Assembly: GCA_045659605.1 (NCBI GenBank)
Contig: JAZOXF010000032.1
Coordinates: 5,364 to 69,363, forward strand
Reading direction: 5' to 3'
Length of the DNA: 64,000 bases
DNA from: Acutalibacteraceae bacterium
GTDB taxonomy: Bacteria; Bacillota; Clostridia; Oscillospirales; Acutalibacteraceae
In this document: one piece after another, positions 16,169-26,667 of the stretch
Numbering within the stretch: position 1 is the stretch's first letter
Layout: every line of letters begins with the position of its first letter
The notes under the pieces: model-generated
Told to the model about the DNA's origin: nothing
Databases searched by the model: none
Seen by the model: only the letters and a program-made list of their open reading frames with translations
Program-made: the position numbers and the translations under genes

Positions 16169-17677
16169 TTATTTAATTATTCCGGTTGATGTTTCCTTTT
16201 GGATAACGTCGTGAGCGCCACCCTCAATGATACTTGTGGAAGAAACGAGGGTTAATTTTGCGTTCTTTTGAAGTTCGGCAATGGTCAATGCGCCACAGTT
16301 ACACATGGTGGATTTAACCTTAGAAAGTGAAAGACCAACATTGTCTTTTAATGAACCGGCATAGGGAACATAGGAGTCAACACCTTCCTCGAAGGATAAC
16401 TTCTTGTCACCACCGAGGTCATATCTTTGCCAGTTTCTGGCACGGTTGGAACCTTCGCCCCAGTATTCTTTATAGTAGTTACCGCCAATAGCAATTTTGT
16501 TGGTTGGGCTTTCATCAAAACGAGCGAAATATCTGCCGAGCATCATAAAGTCAGCACCCATTGCGAGAGCCAAGGTGATGTGGTGGTCGTGAACGATACC
16601 GCCGTCAGAACAAATGGGGATGTAAATTCCGGTTTCTTCAAAGTACTCATTACGAGCTTCGCAAACTTCAATAAGGGCAGTGGCTTGTCCACGGCCGATA
16701 CCCTTGGTTTCACGGGTGATACAAATAGAACCGCCGCCGATACCAACCTTAATAAAGTCAGCACCTGCTTTTGCAAGGAATAAGAAGCCGTCTCTATCAA
16801 CAACGTTACCTGCGCCAACCTTTACGCTGTCGCCATACTTTTCACGAATGAAAGCAATTGTTCTTGCTTGCCACTCGCTGAAACCTTCGGAAGAGTCAAT
16901 ACAAAGAACATCAGCACCTGCTTCGATTAATGCAGGAACACGCTCAGCATAGTCGCGAGTATTGATACCTGCACCAACAACATAGCGCTTGTCTTTGTCA
17001 AGAAGTTCGTTGGGGTTTTCTTTATGAGCATCATAGTCCTTACGGAATACGAAATACTTAAGGTTACCTTCGGCGTCAACGATGGGGAGAGAATTGAGTT
17101 TGTTGTCCCAAATAATGTCGTTAGCTAATTTAAGGGTTGTGTCTTCACCTGCAACAACCAACTTCTCAACGGGGGTCATAAAATCTTTAACCTTAATGTC
17201 GGTAGACATACGGCTTACGCGATAGTCACGACCGGTAACAATGCCTAAAAGTTTGCCGTTTGCAGTGCCGTCGTGGGTGACAGCAACGGTGGAGAAACCG
17301 TTTTCTTCCTTTAAGCGTAAAACATCGGCTAATGTATCTTCAGGAGTAACATTTGAGCCGCTTACAACAAAACCTGCTTTATAGGATTTTGCACGAGCTA
17401 CCATTGCAGCTTCTTCTTCAATGGTTTGAGAACCGTAAATAAAGGAAACGCCGCCTTCTTTAGCTAATGCGATTGCTAATTTCTCGCCCGAAACCGACTG
17501 CATGATAGCAGAGGTCATGGGGATGTTCATTGAAATTGCAGGTTCTTCGCCCTTCTTGAACTTAACAAGAGGGGTTTTAAGACTAACGTTAGCGGGTACA
17601 CACTCGGAAGATGAATAACCGGGAACCAAAAGGTATTCATTGAAAGTGTGGGACATTTCTTTGAAATAATAAGCCAT
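16169..17677 (-). CDS. guaB: IMP dehydrogenase (with CBS subdomain)
   Basis: [10 protein letters not shown], a CBS pair region, [12 protein letters not shown] (catalytic Cys loop), DGGI and GEGS. Confidence 0.85.
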   Translation of the reverse strand: MAYYFKEMSHTFNEYLLVPGYSSSECVPANVSLKTPLVKFKKGEEPAISMNIPMTSAIMQSVSGEKLAIALAKEGGVSFIYGSQTIEEEAAMVARAKSYKAGFVVSGSNVTPEDTLADVLRLKEENGFSTVAVTHDGTANGKLLGIVTGRDYRVSRMSTDIKVKDFMTPVEKLVVAGEDTTLKLANDIIWDNKLNSLPIVDAEGNLKYFVFRKDYDAHKENPNELLDKDKRYVVGAGINTRDYAERVPALIEAGADVLCIDSSEGFSEWQARTIAFIREKYGDSVKVGAGNVVDRDGFLFLAKAGADFIKVGIGGGSICITRETKGIGRGQATALIEVCEARNEYFEETGIYIPICSDGGIVHDHHITLALAMGADFMMLGRYFARFDESPTNKIAIGGNYYKEYWGEGSNRARNWQRYDLGGDKKLSFEEGVDSYVPYAGSLKDNVGLSLSKVKSTMCNCGALTIAELQKNAKLTLVSSTSIIEGGAHDVIQKETSTGIIK

Positions 17678-17800
17678 TTTATATTACTCCTTTATTTAAA
17701 AAATATTTTATTAATTATAACATATAAAAATGATATGTCAATAAAATGAGGGAGAAAAAAATAAAAGGAGGAAACTTTCGTTCAAAATTAACAAAAACTC

Positions 17801-17830
17801 TTGACAAAACTGTTTGAAGGGTGCTATCAT
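17801..17830 (+). promoter_or_regulatory. Promoter of the trpB leader (TTGACA-18-TGcTATCAT)
   Basis: TTGACA at 17801-17806 and an extended -10 TGcTATCAT ending at 17830. Confidence 0.55.
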
Positions 17831-17837
17831 ATATTAA

Positions 17838-18100
17838 AATATACAAACCTGTGATTAAGAGTAGTAGCCTTGCTTCGAGTTTTTTAGAGAGCTGTTTGTG
17901 GTGGAAAAACGGCAACTGAGCGCTTGGTGAATGGACTTATGAGGGCGACCGAAAGCATTTGCGAGTAGCAGTCGACGGGAAGTACCCGTTATAGTACACG
18001 CCGTATGATAGTACGGAAATGAGTGGATGAGTTTTCATCAATTTGGGTGGTACCACAGGATTAACACAGTCTTGTCCCATTTAGGGATAGGGCTTTTTTA
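17838..18100 (+). promoter_or_regulatory. T-box leader, tryptophan-specific (specifier UGG)
   Basis: AGAGA box at 17886. Specifier context GAA-TGG-A with TGG at 17932-17934. T-box sequence AATTTGGGTGGTACCACAGG at 18040-18059. A terminator stem CTTGTCCC/GGGATAGGG plus T6 follows at 18068-18098. Confidence 0.8.
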
Positions 18101-18188
18101 ATTTTTTGGAGGTATCTTAATGTTTTTATTGGTTAAACGATGGCGAACTTAAAATAGTTTTAAGTTTTACATTTTAAGGAGAATAGAT

Positions 18189-19430
18189 ATGGATTATAGA
18201 CAGTTTGACAATTATTTGAAAAATTATCCTTCAAAGGATGGTTATTTCGGCGAGTACGGTGGTGCTTTCATTTCCCCCGAACTCGGCCCCGCTTTTGAAG
18301 AAATTAACAATGCTTATGAATCGATTTGCCATTCGGCACAGTTTATTAACGAACTTCGCCGTATAAGAAAAGAGTTCCAAGGCAGACCCACTCCTGTTTA
18401 CCACTGTGAGCGTTTGTCTAAACTTTTTGGCAACTGCCAAATTTATTTAAAGCGTGAAGATTTAAACCATACCGGTGCTCATAAACTTAATCACTGTATG
18501 GGTGAGGGACTTCTTGCTAAATTTATGGGCAAGAAAAAACTTATTGCCGAGACAGGTGCAGGTCAACACGGCGTGGCTCTTGCTACTGCCGCCGCTTATT
18601 TTGGTTTAGAGTGCGATATTTATATGGGCGAGGTTGATATTGAAAAGCAATACCCCAATGTTATCAGAATGAAGATGTTGGGCGCTAACGTTATCCCCGT
18701 AACCCACGGTTTAAAAACCCTTAAAGAGGCCGTTGACGCAGCTTTTGAGGCATATCAAAAAGAATATAAAGATGCAATTTACTGTATCGGTTCAACCTTA
18801 GGACCCCATCCATTCCCTAAAATGGTTAGAGATTTTCAAAGTGTTGTTGGTATTGAAGCGAGAGAACAGTTCTTGGATATGACAGGTATTATGCCTGACA
18901 GTATTTGTGCTTGTGTTGGCGGAGGCTCCAACTCGTTGGGTATGTTTACTCCCTTCCTTTCCGACCCTGTTGACATTTACGGCGTTGAGCCTTTGGGTAA
19001 GGGAAGTGCCGTAGGTGACCACGCTGCTACCATGCAATTTGGTACTAAGGGCAGACTTCACGGATTTGAAAGTTATCTCTTGCAGGATGAAAAGGGCGAA
19101 CCTTTGCCTGTTTACTCCATCGCCAGTGGCTTGGATTATCCCGGTGTTGGTCCCGAACACGCAAATCTTCGTGATATGGGTCGTGTTAACTACGTTACCG
19201 CATCCGATGAAGAGGCTATGGAAGCCTTCTTCTTGCTTAGTCGTTTTGAGGGTATAATTCCTGCAATCGAGAGTGCTCACGCTGTGGCTTTCGCTATTAG
19301 ATATGCCAAGGAACACAAAACAGGTTCTATTTTGGCTTGTCTTTCGGGCAGAGGCGATAAGGATATTGACTATGTTTACGAAAAGTATGGTTGTGGCGAG
19401 AAATTTAATTTAGACCAATATGTTAAATAA
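18189..19430 (+). CDS. trpB: Tryptophan synthase beta chain (stand-alone, no trpA or other trp genes nearby)
   Basis: [29 protein letters not shown] (PLP lysine), ETGAGQHG and [16 protein letters not shown] upstream. Confidence 0.85.
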   Translation: MDYRQFDNYLKNYPSKDGYFGEYGGAFISPELGPAFEEINNAYESICHSAQFINELRRIRKEFQGRPTPVYHCERLSKLFGNCQIYLKREDLNHTGAHKLNHCMGEGLLAKFMGKKKLIAETGAGQHGVALATAAAYFGLECDIYMGEVDIEKQYPNVIRMKMLGANVIPVTHGLKTLKEAVDAAFEAYQKEYKDAIYCIGSTLGPHPFPKMVRDFQSVVGIEAREQFLDMTGIMPDSICACVGGGSNSLGMFTPFLSDPVDIYGVEPLGKGSAVGDHAATMQFGTKGRLHGFESYLLQDEKGEPLPVYSIASGLDYPGVGPEHANLRDMGRVNYVTASDEEAMEAFFLLSRFEGIIPAIESAHAVAFAIRYAKEHKTGSILACLSGRGDKDIDYVYEKYGCGEKFNLDQYVK

Positions 19431-19478
19431 TTGTAAGGACTGCTTTTGCAGTCCTTTTGCGTAAAAGGGGTGTGAATT

Positions 19479-20324
19479 ATGGCTGTAAAAATGAAGGCTA
19501 ATGCTAAAATCAATTTAAGTCTTTATATCAGTGGCAAACGAGAAGATGGCTACCATTTTATTGATACCCTTATGCAGTCGGTCAGCCTTTTTGATAGCGT
19601 CAAACTCAAAAAAGCCGACGAAATTACTATCAAATGCTCCAAGAAAGAATTAGCGACCGAGGATAATTTAGGGTTTAAGGCTGCAAAACTGTTTTTTAAA
19701 GAAATGGGCATAAACGGCGGTGTTAAGATATATATTAAAAAGCGCATTCCCGAGGCTGCAGGTTTGGGTGGCGGAAGTGCCGACGCTGCAGCAGTTGTTG
19801 TGGGTCTTAATAAACTTTACGGCGCTAATTTAAGCCAAGAAAAAATGGAAGAAATGACAACCACTTTGGGAGCGGATGTACCTTTCTTTATTAAAGGAGG
19901 AACACAGCGCTCAACGGGAATTGGCGAAATTTTAGAGGTGCTTTCACCCTTTAAAACAGGATATTTTGTTTTGGTTAAAAAGGGAAGTAAACCTTCCACA
20001 GGAGAAATGTACCGTTTGCTTGACAGTAAGGAACAAATTTTTATCGACATTGATTCTTCGGTTAAATTCGCTACTCAAAACGATTTGAAAGGTTTGTGCG
20101 ACTGCCTTGAAAATTCTTTTAGCTTGGTTTGGGAAGACAAAACACTTGAAAACCGATTAAAAGAATTCGGACCCTTGGGTGTTGGCCTTTCAGGTAGTGG
20201 ACCTACTTATTTTGCGGTTTTTGAAGATTTAAAGGATGCTAAAAAATGCCTTAAAGTTTTAAAGAAAGAGAAAATCACTGCATTTTTGGTAAGGCCAAAA
20301 GAAAAATCAATAGATTTTGAATAA
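19479..20324 (+). CDS. ispE: 4-diphosphocytidyl-2-C-methyl-D-erythritol kinase
   Basis: KINLSLYISGKREDGYH, PEAAGLGGGSADAAA and GSGPTYF (GHMP kinase motifs). Confidence 0.85.
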   Translation: MAVKMKANAKINLSLYISGKREDGYHFIDTLMQSVSLFDSVKLKKADEITIKCSKKELATEDNLGFKAAKLFFKEMGINGGVKIYIKKRIPEAAGLGGGSADAAAVVVGLNKLYGANLSQEKMEEMTTTLGADVPFFIKGGTQRSTGIGEILEVLSPFKTGYFVLVKKGSKPSTGEMYRLLDSKEQIFIDIDSSVKFATQNDLKGLCDCLENSFSLVWEDKTLENRLKEFGPLGVGLSGSGPTYFAVFEDLKDAKKCLKVLKKEKITAFLVRPKEKSIDFE

Positions 20325-20344
20325 AAGTTAAATTTTCGGTCAAT

Positions 20345-20378
20345 ATTCCTCTCACAAACAAATGAGAGGAATTTTTTT
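20345..20378 (+). terminator. Terminator after ispE whose 3' arm contains the spoIIR SD
   Basis: ATTCCTCTCA-CAAACAAA-TGAGAGGAAT followed by T7, which runs directly into ATG 20379. Confidence 0.65.
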
Positions 20379-20990
20379 ATGACTACTAAAATTTCGAAAA
20401 AAGCTTTGGAATGGGCGCTGATTTTTGGATTTATTTGTTCGGTTTTTTGGTCAATGGCAAGTTTTGACGCTAATTGCGAAGAATTAAGGGATAATGTGTT
20501 GAGATTACATATTATTGCTAATTCGGACTCACAGGCTGACCAAGAGTTAAAACTTAAAATCAGAGATGCTGTTTTGGCTGAAAGTGATGCACTTTTTGAA
20601 GAAAGCGCCAATTTAAACTCGGCTTTAGAAAAGGCAGAAGAAAATCTTGCTGTTTATGAGAAGATTGCAAACAAGGCGATTGCCAAAGAAGGTTTAAATT
20701 ATAGGGCAACGGCAAAAATCGGCAAAACCTTCTTTGAAACAAGGGAGTATGAGAATTTTACACTTCCTGCAGGGGAATATGACGCGCTGATTGTGGAAAT
20801 AGGTGAAGCCCGTGGTAAAAACTGGTGGTGTGTTATTTTTCCGGGGGTTTGTGTGCCCACACAAAAGAAGGCAAATTTAAAGGATAGTGTTGGTGAAAAA
20901 TCGGCCAAAATTGCCGAGCATCCAAGACCATATAAAATCAGGTTTAAATCGGTGGAAATATACGAAAAAATCAAGCGAAAATTAAAGTAA
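20379..20990 (+). CDS. spoIIR: Stage II sporulation protein R
   Basis: N-terminal TM/signal, LRLHIIANSDSQADQELKLKIRDAVL and NWWCVIFPGVC are SpoIIR hallmarks. Confidence 0.85.
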   Translation: MTTKISKKALEWALIFGFICSVFWSMASFDANCEELRDNVLRLHIIANSDSQADQELKLKIRDAVLAESDALFEESANLNSALEKAEENLAVYEKIANKAIAKEGLNYRATAKIGKTFFETREYENFTLPAGEYDALIVEIGEARGKNWWCVIFPGVCVPTQKKANLKDSVGEKSAKIAEHPRPYKIRFKSVEIYEKIKRKLK

Positions 20991-21009
20991 ATATGTGCAT
21001 ATTTTTTCC

Positions 21010-21119
21010 TTGACTTTTAAGGGTTGTTGTGATAATATGTATAAGCCGCATATTGTGGGCTAATTTAAAGTTGCCTAAATTTTGGGCACGCCTTCCGTAG
21101 CGAGACTGAAAATAAGCAG
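21010..21119 (+). promoter_or_regulatory. Promoter plus 5' leader of rplU-prp-rpmA (possible L21-leader type element)
   Basis: TTGACT at 21010 with TGtGATAATAT at the -10, followed by an ~80-nt leader with the stem GCCGCATATTGTGGGC. Its position matches the L21 leader of low-GC Gram-positives. The structure was not verified. Confidence 0.35.
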
Positions 21120-21128
21120 GTGAAAAAG

Positions 21129-21434
21129 ATGTACGCAATTATCGAGACCGGTGGTAAGCAATACCGCGTAGAGAACGGCGACGTTATCTATGTTGAGAAG
21201 CTTAACGCTGAAGAAAACGCTGAGATTACCTTCGATAAGGTTGTTGCTGTAAGTAACAGAACTTTAAAGGTTGGTAAGCCTTATGTTAAGGACGCTTTCG
21301 TTAAGGGCACCGTTTTAAAGAACGGCAAGGGTAAGAAGATTACTGTATTTACCTACAAGCCTAAGAAGGGCAGTTCTCGCAAAATGGGTCACAGACAACC
21401 TTACACTAAAGTACAAATTACCGAGATTGGCTAA
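21129..21434 (+). CDS. rplU: 50S ribosomal protein L21
   Basis: [25 protein letters not shown]. Confidence 0.95.
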   Translation: MYAIIETGGKQYRVENGDVIYVEKLNAEENAEITFDKVVAVSNRTLKVGKPYVKDAFVKGTVLKNGKGKKITVFTYKPKKGSSRKMGHRQPYTKVQITEIG

Positions 21435-21436
21435 TT

Positions 21437-21769
21437 ATGACTAGTGTAAAATTTCTGGCTGATGCAAAAGGGATTTACGGCTTTTGCGTTAGCGGTCACA
21501 GTTCAGTAAATTGTGACGATGAGCTTGGGAAGATAGTTTGTTCTGCTGTCTCCAGCGCCGTTTATTTGGTGGCCAACACCGTAACCGAAATTATCGGGGA
21601 CAGTGCCGAGGCTGAGGTTGAGGACGGATTAATGAACTTTAAGGTTATTAACCCTTCGTCCGAAACATATAAAATAATGGACGGTTTGAGACTTCACTTA
21701 ACCGAACTTTCCAAGGAATACAGTAATAACATTAAAATTAACGGAGGTGCAAAATATGTTAAAGATTAA
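21437..21769 (+). CDS. prp: Ribosomal-processing cysteine protease Prp (YsxB family)
   Basis: It lies between rplU and rpmA. GFCVSGHS...VCSAVS provides the His/Cys dyad context. Confidence 0.85.
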   Translation: MTSVKFLADAKGIYGFCVSGHSSVNCDDELGKIVCSAVSSAVYLVANTVTEIIGDSAEAEVEDGLMNFKVINPSSETYKIMDGLRLHLTELSKEYSNNIKINGGAKYVKD

Positions 21770-22034
21770 CATTCAGTTATTCGCTCATAAAAAGGGTGTG
21801 GGTTCTACAAAGAACGGCCGTGACAGTGAGTCCAAAAGACTTGGTGTTAAGCGTGCTGACGGTCAATTCGTTTTAGCCGGCAACATTCTTGTTCGTCAAA
21901 GAGGTACCCATATTCATCCCGGTAACAATGTTGGTCGTGGTTCTGATGACACACTTTTTGCTCTTATCGACGGTAAGGTAAAATTTGAGCGTCTTGGTCG
22001 TGACCGCAAGCAGGTAAGCATTTACGCTGACTAA
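21756..22034 (+). CDS. rpmA: 50S ribosomal protein L27 with a cleavable N-terminal extension
   Basis: [32 protein letters not shown]. The Firmicute pro-peptide ends in the FA/HKK Prp cleavage site. GGAGGTG SD upstream. Confidence 0.95.
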   Translation: MLKINIQLFAHKKGVGSTKNGRDSESKRLGVKRADGQFVLAGNILVRQRGTHIHPGNNVGRGSDDTLFALIDGKVKFERLGRDRKQVSIYAD

Positions 22035-22044
22035 TATGAAATTA

Positions 22045-22076
22045 AGGGACTGTGGCATTGCACAGTCCCTATTTTA
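22045..22076 (+). terminator. Rho-independent terminator after rpmA
   Basis: AGGGACTGTG-GCAT-TGCACAGTCCCT followed by ATTTT. Confidence 0.7.
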
Positions 22077-22100
22077 AATTTATGGAAGGAATGAATCTTT

Positions 22101-22490
22101 ATGATTATTTGCCATGTATGCAAAAAAGAGTGTAGCGATGATATGGAAGTTTGCCCCATTTGTGGAGCAGTGCTTAACACTACAGTAGAAGCAGTAACCG
22201 AGGAAAAGGAAACCGATATTATGGAAAACCCCACTTTACTTGCTTCTTTTGAAGATGTAATATCGGCGGAAATTTTTAAAGATATTTTAAAGGATAACAA
22301 CATTCCTTTCACCTCATCACAAATGGGTGAGGCTACTATGCAGGTAGTTTTCGGCGGAAATCTTGTTGCAGAAGATATTTATGTTGCCGAAGCCGATTTT
22401 GAAAAAGCCAATGAACTTTATGAGGATTTTTTAAATACTGAAATAGAATTTGATGATGATTTTTCAGATGATTTGGGAGAAGAAATTTAA
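22101..22490 (+). CDS. Zinc-ribbon plus DUF2007-like (putative signal-transducing) small acidic protein
   Basis: N-terminal CHVCKKEC...CPICG zinc ribbon. The C-terminus resembles DUF2007 (ISAEIFKDILKDNNIPF...DIYVAEADFEKANELYEDF). Confidence 0.5.
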   Translation: MIICHVCKKECSDDMEVCPICGAVLNTTVEAVTEEKETDIMENPTLLASFEDVISAEIFKDILKDNNIPFTSSQMGEATMQVVFGGNLVAEDIYVAEADFEKANELYEDFLNTEIEFDDDFSDDLGEEI

Positions 22491-24067
<1,577 letters not shown>

Positions 24068-24069
24068 TT

Positions 24070-24453
24070 ATGGAAAATGTTAAACTGCTAAGCCCTTCGG
24101 TTTTGGCTTTTGTTGGTGACGGGGTTTATGGACTTTGCGTCAGAACAAAGTTAAGCCTTATAAACCGTCCTTCGGGTGAACTTCACAAACTTTCGGTTGA
24201 GTATGTCAGCGCAACGGCTCAAGCCAAGGCTTATGATGTTGTTGAGCCCAGCCTTACCGAAGAAGAAATCGAGATTTTTAAAAGAGGTCGCAATTTCCAC
24301 ACTTCTCGTTCTCCTAAAAGCGCTACCAATAGGGAATATCATATTGCAACCGGTTTGGAGTCTCTTTTCGGCTTTTTGTATTTAAAGGGCGAACAAGAGA
24401 GAATAAATCAACTCTTTGAAATAATTTGGAATAACAATAATGAAAAAGAATGA
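24070..24453 (+). CDS. mrnC: Mini-ribonuclease 3
   Basis: LAFVGDGVYGLCVR ... ATGLESLFGFLYL (RNase III-like catalytic motifs, ~127 aa). Confidence 0.85.
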   Translation: MENVKLLSPSVLAFVGDGVYGLCVRTKLSLINRPSGELHKLSVEYVSATAQAKAYDVVEPSLTEEEIEIFKRGRNFHTSRSPKSATNREYHIATGLESLFGFLYLKGEQERINQLFEIIWNNNNEKE

Positions 24454-25780
24454 TGAAATAATCCTTGATATTTTGGACTATACTGCCGAGGGTAGTGGAG
24501 TTGGGAAATATGAAGGAATGGCGGTTTTTGTTCCACTGACTGCCGTGGGAGATACCGTAAGGGTTAAGATTTTAAAGGTAAAGAAAACCTATGCTTACGG
24601 CAAGGTTTTGGAAATATTGGAAAGCTCAAATTGCCGAACAGAAAATAACTGCTCGGCTTTTTCCCGTTGTGGGGGATGTGTTTTTCGCCACATTTCTTAT
24701 GATGCCGAATTAAAGGCAAAAGAAAACCGTGTGAGAGAAACAATCAAAAGAATAGGTGGGGTGGATTTGAAACCCGAACCTATTATGTTTGATAAAGACA
24801 GCCATTACAGAAACAAGGCTCAATATCCCGTAAACGAGGAAGGGAAGGCAGGCTTTTTTGCTACACATTCTCATCGAATTATTCCAAACAACAACTGCCG
24901 TTTGCAACCTGAAATTTTTGAAAGCCTTGTAAAAGCAGTTGAAAACTGGATTGAAAAATATTCTGTTAGCATATATAATGAAGAAAAGCACCAAGGTTTA
25001 CTTCGCCATATTTATATAAGACAAGGTGAAAAAACCAAGGAAATTATGGTAGTTTTGGTTATAAACGGCGACACCTTGCCCTATATGGATGAATTGATTT
25101 CTTGCCTCAAGGAAATCGCTCTGGATGACCTTAGAAGTGTGCAAATAAACATTAATAAGGCCAACACCAATGTTATTTTGGGTGAGAAATGCGTTACCCT
25201 TTTTGGGAGCGATTATATAACCGACATTTTGTGTGGTGTTAAAATTCGTTTGTCACCCTTGTCTTTTTATCAAGTGAACCACACAATGGCCGAAAAACTT
25301 TACGAAAAAGTTGCCGAATACGGTTTGGTTGAGGGCAAAACTGTTCTTGACCTTTACTGTGGTGCAGGAACAATAGGACTCTCACTGGCAAGTAAGGCAA
25401 AAAAGGTTATTGGCGTTGAAATTATACCTGAAGCCATAAAGGATGCCAAATTCAACGCTCAAAACAATGGCATTAATAACGCCGAATTTTATTGTATGGA
25501 TGCCACCGAATTTGCTGAAAAATCTGCCAAGGAAAACCTAAAGGCTGATGTTATTGTTGTTGACCCTCCAAGAAAGGGTATAACCGAAGAATTAATTGAT
25601 ACTATTGCAAACAAATTCAAGCCCCAAAGGGTTGTGTATGTATCTTGCGATGTTGGGACATTGGCAAGGGATGTTAAAATTTTCGGGCAAAAGGGATATA
25701 AATTGAAGGAATACACTCCTGCCGATTTATTCCCCCGAACTTCTCATTGCGAAACGGTAGCATTACTTGCAAAGGAGTAA
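24440..25780 (+). CDS. rlmD: 23S rRNA (uracil-5-)-methyltransferase RlmD/RumA family
   Basis: TRAM domain, Fe-S cysteines (CSAFSRCGGCVFRH), SAM motif LDLYCGAGTIG, DPPRKG and VYVSCD. Confidence 0.85.
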   Translation: MKKNDEIILDILDYTAEGSGVGKYEGMAVFVPLTAVGDTVRVKILKVKKTYAYGKVLEILESSNCRTENNCSAFSRCGGCVFRHISYDAELKAKENRVRETIKRIGGVDLKPEPIMFDKDSHYRNKAQYPVNEEGKAGFFATHSHRIIPNNNCRLQPEIFESLVKAVENWIEKYSVSIYNEEKHQGLLRHIYIRQGEKTKEIMVVLVINGDTLPYMDELISCLKEIALDDLRSVQININKANTNVILGEKCVTLFGSDYITDILCGVKIRLSPLSFYQVNHTMAEKLYEKVAEYGLVEGKTVLDLYCGAGTIGLSLASKAKKVIGVEIIPEAIKDAKFNAQNNGINNAEFYCMDATEFAEKSAKENLKADVIVVDPPRKGITEELIDTIANKFKPQRVVYVSCDVGTLARDVKIFGQKGYKLKEYTPADLFPRTSHCETVALLAKE

Positions 25781-25784
25781 TTTT

Positions 25785-26630
25785 ATGAAAAACTTTTTTA
25801 AAGGAATTGTGGTAGGTCTAGGTGGCGTAGCACCCGGACTTTCAGGCAGTGTTTTAATGGTTATTTTCGGTCTTTACCAAAAAACCATTGAATGTGTAAG
25901 CAGCATTTTAAACTTTAAAAAATTAAAAGATAACTTAAAATTTTTAATCCCATTAGGAATTGGAATGGTGGGTGGCGTTATACTTTTTAGTAACGCCGTA
26001 AACTATTTATTAAGTAATTTCGAGGTTTACACCCGTTTTGCTTTTTTAGGCCTTATTTTAGGCACCTTACCCCTTTTGAATAAAGAGGTCAGAAAAGAGG
26101 GATTTAAACCGATTTTCTATCTGGTTATCGGTGTTTGTTTTGCATTAGGTCTTTGGCTTTTATACGGCAACAATTTCTTTGCTACTGTGGAAAATCCAAA
26201 TACTGCCCAGTCCTTTGTTTTGGGCCTTTCGGTAGCAGGGTCTTATATTGTACCTGGAGTTGATTCAGCAGCAATTTTGAACGCTTTGGGTCTTTACCAA
26301 ATTTGGCTTGATATAACCTCTATTAAGGTGTTGGATTTAGGAATTTTAATTCCCACTGCTGCAGGTTTAGGCGTTGGTGTTTTGGGAATTTCTTTTGTTA
26401 TTAATAAACTTCTCAAACACTTCTATACTGCTACATTTTCGGTAATTTTCGGTCTTTTCCTATCGGTAATTCCAAGCGTAATTGTGGAAATGGAAACCAA
26501 GATTACCATCGGTTTTAATGCTTATACCATCGGTGGCGCAGTTGCTGTTATTTTAGGATTTTTTGTTTCCCTATATCTCAGCGATATTACCGAGAATAAT
26601 AAGCGAATAAAAAAATTGTTTAATAAATAA
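25785..26630 (+). CDS. DUF368 family membrane protein (polyprenyl-phosphate transporter family)
   Basis: GLGGVAPGLSGSVLMVIFGLY and a second GVDSAAIL repeat in a polytopic protein. ATG 25785 follows GGAG. Confidence 0.65.
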   Translation: MKNFFKGIVVGLGGVAPGLSGSVLMVIFGLYQKTIECVSSILNFKKLKDNLKFLIPLGIGMVGGVILFSNAVNYLLSNFEVYTRFAFLGLILGTLPLLNKEVRKEGFKPIFYLVIGVCFALGLWLLYGNNFFATVENPNTAQSFVLGLSVAGSYIVPGVDSAAILNALGLYQIWLDITSIKVLDLGILIPTAAGLGVGVLGISFVINKLLKHFYTATFSVIFGLFLSVIPSVIVEMETKITIGFNAYTIGGAVAVILGFFVSLYLSDITENNKRIKKLFNK

Positions 26631-26667
26631 TAAACTTGTGCTAAAATGAAGAAAAAGGAGGGATAGT

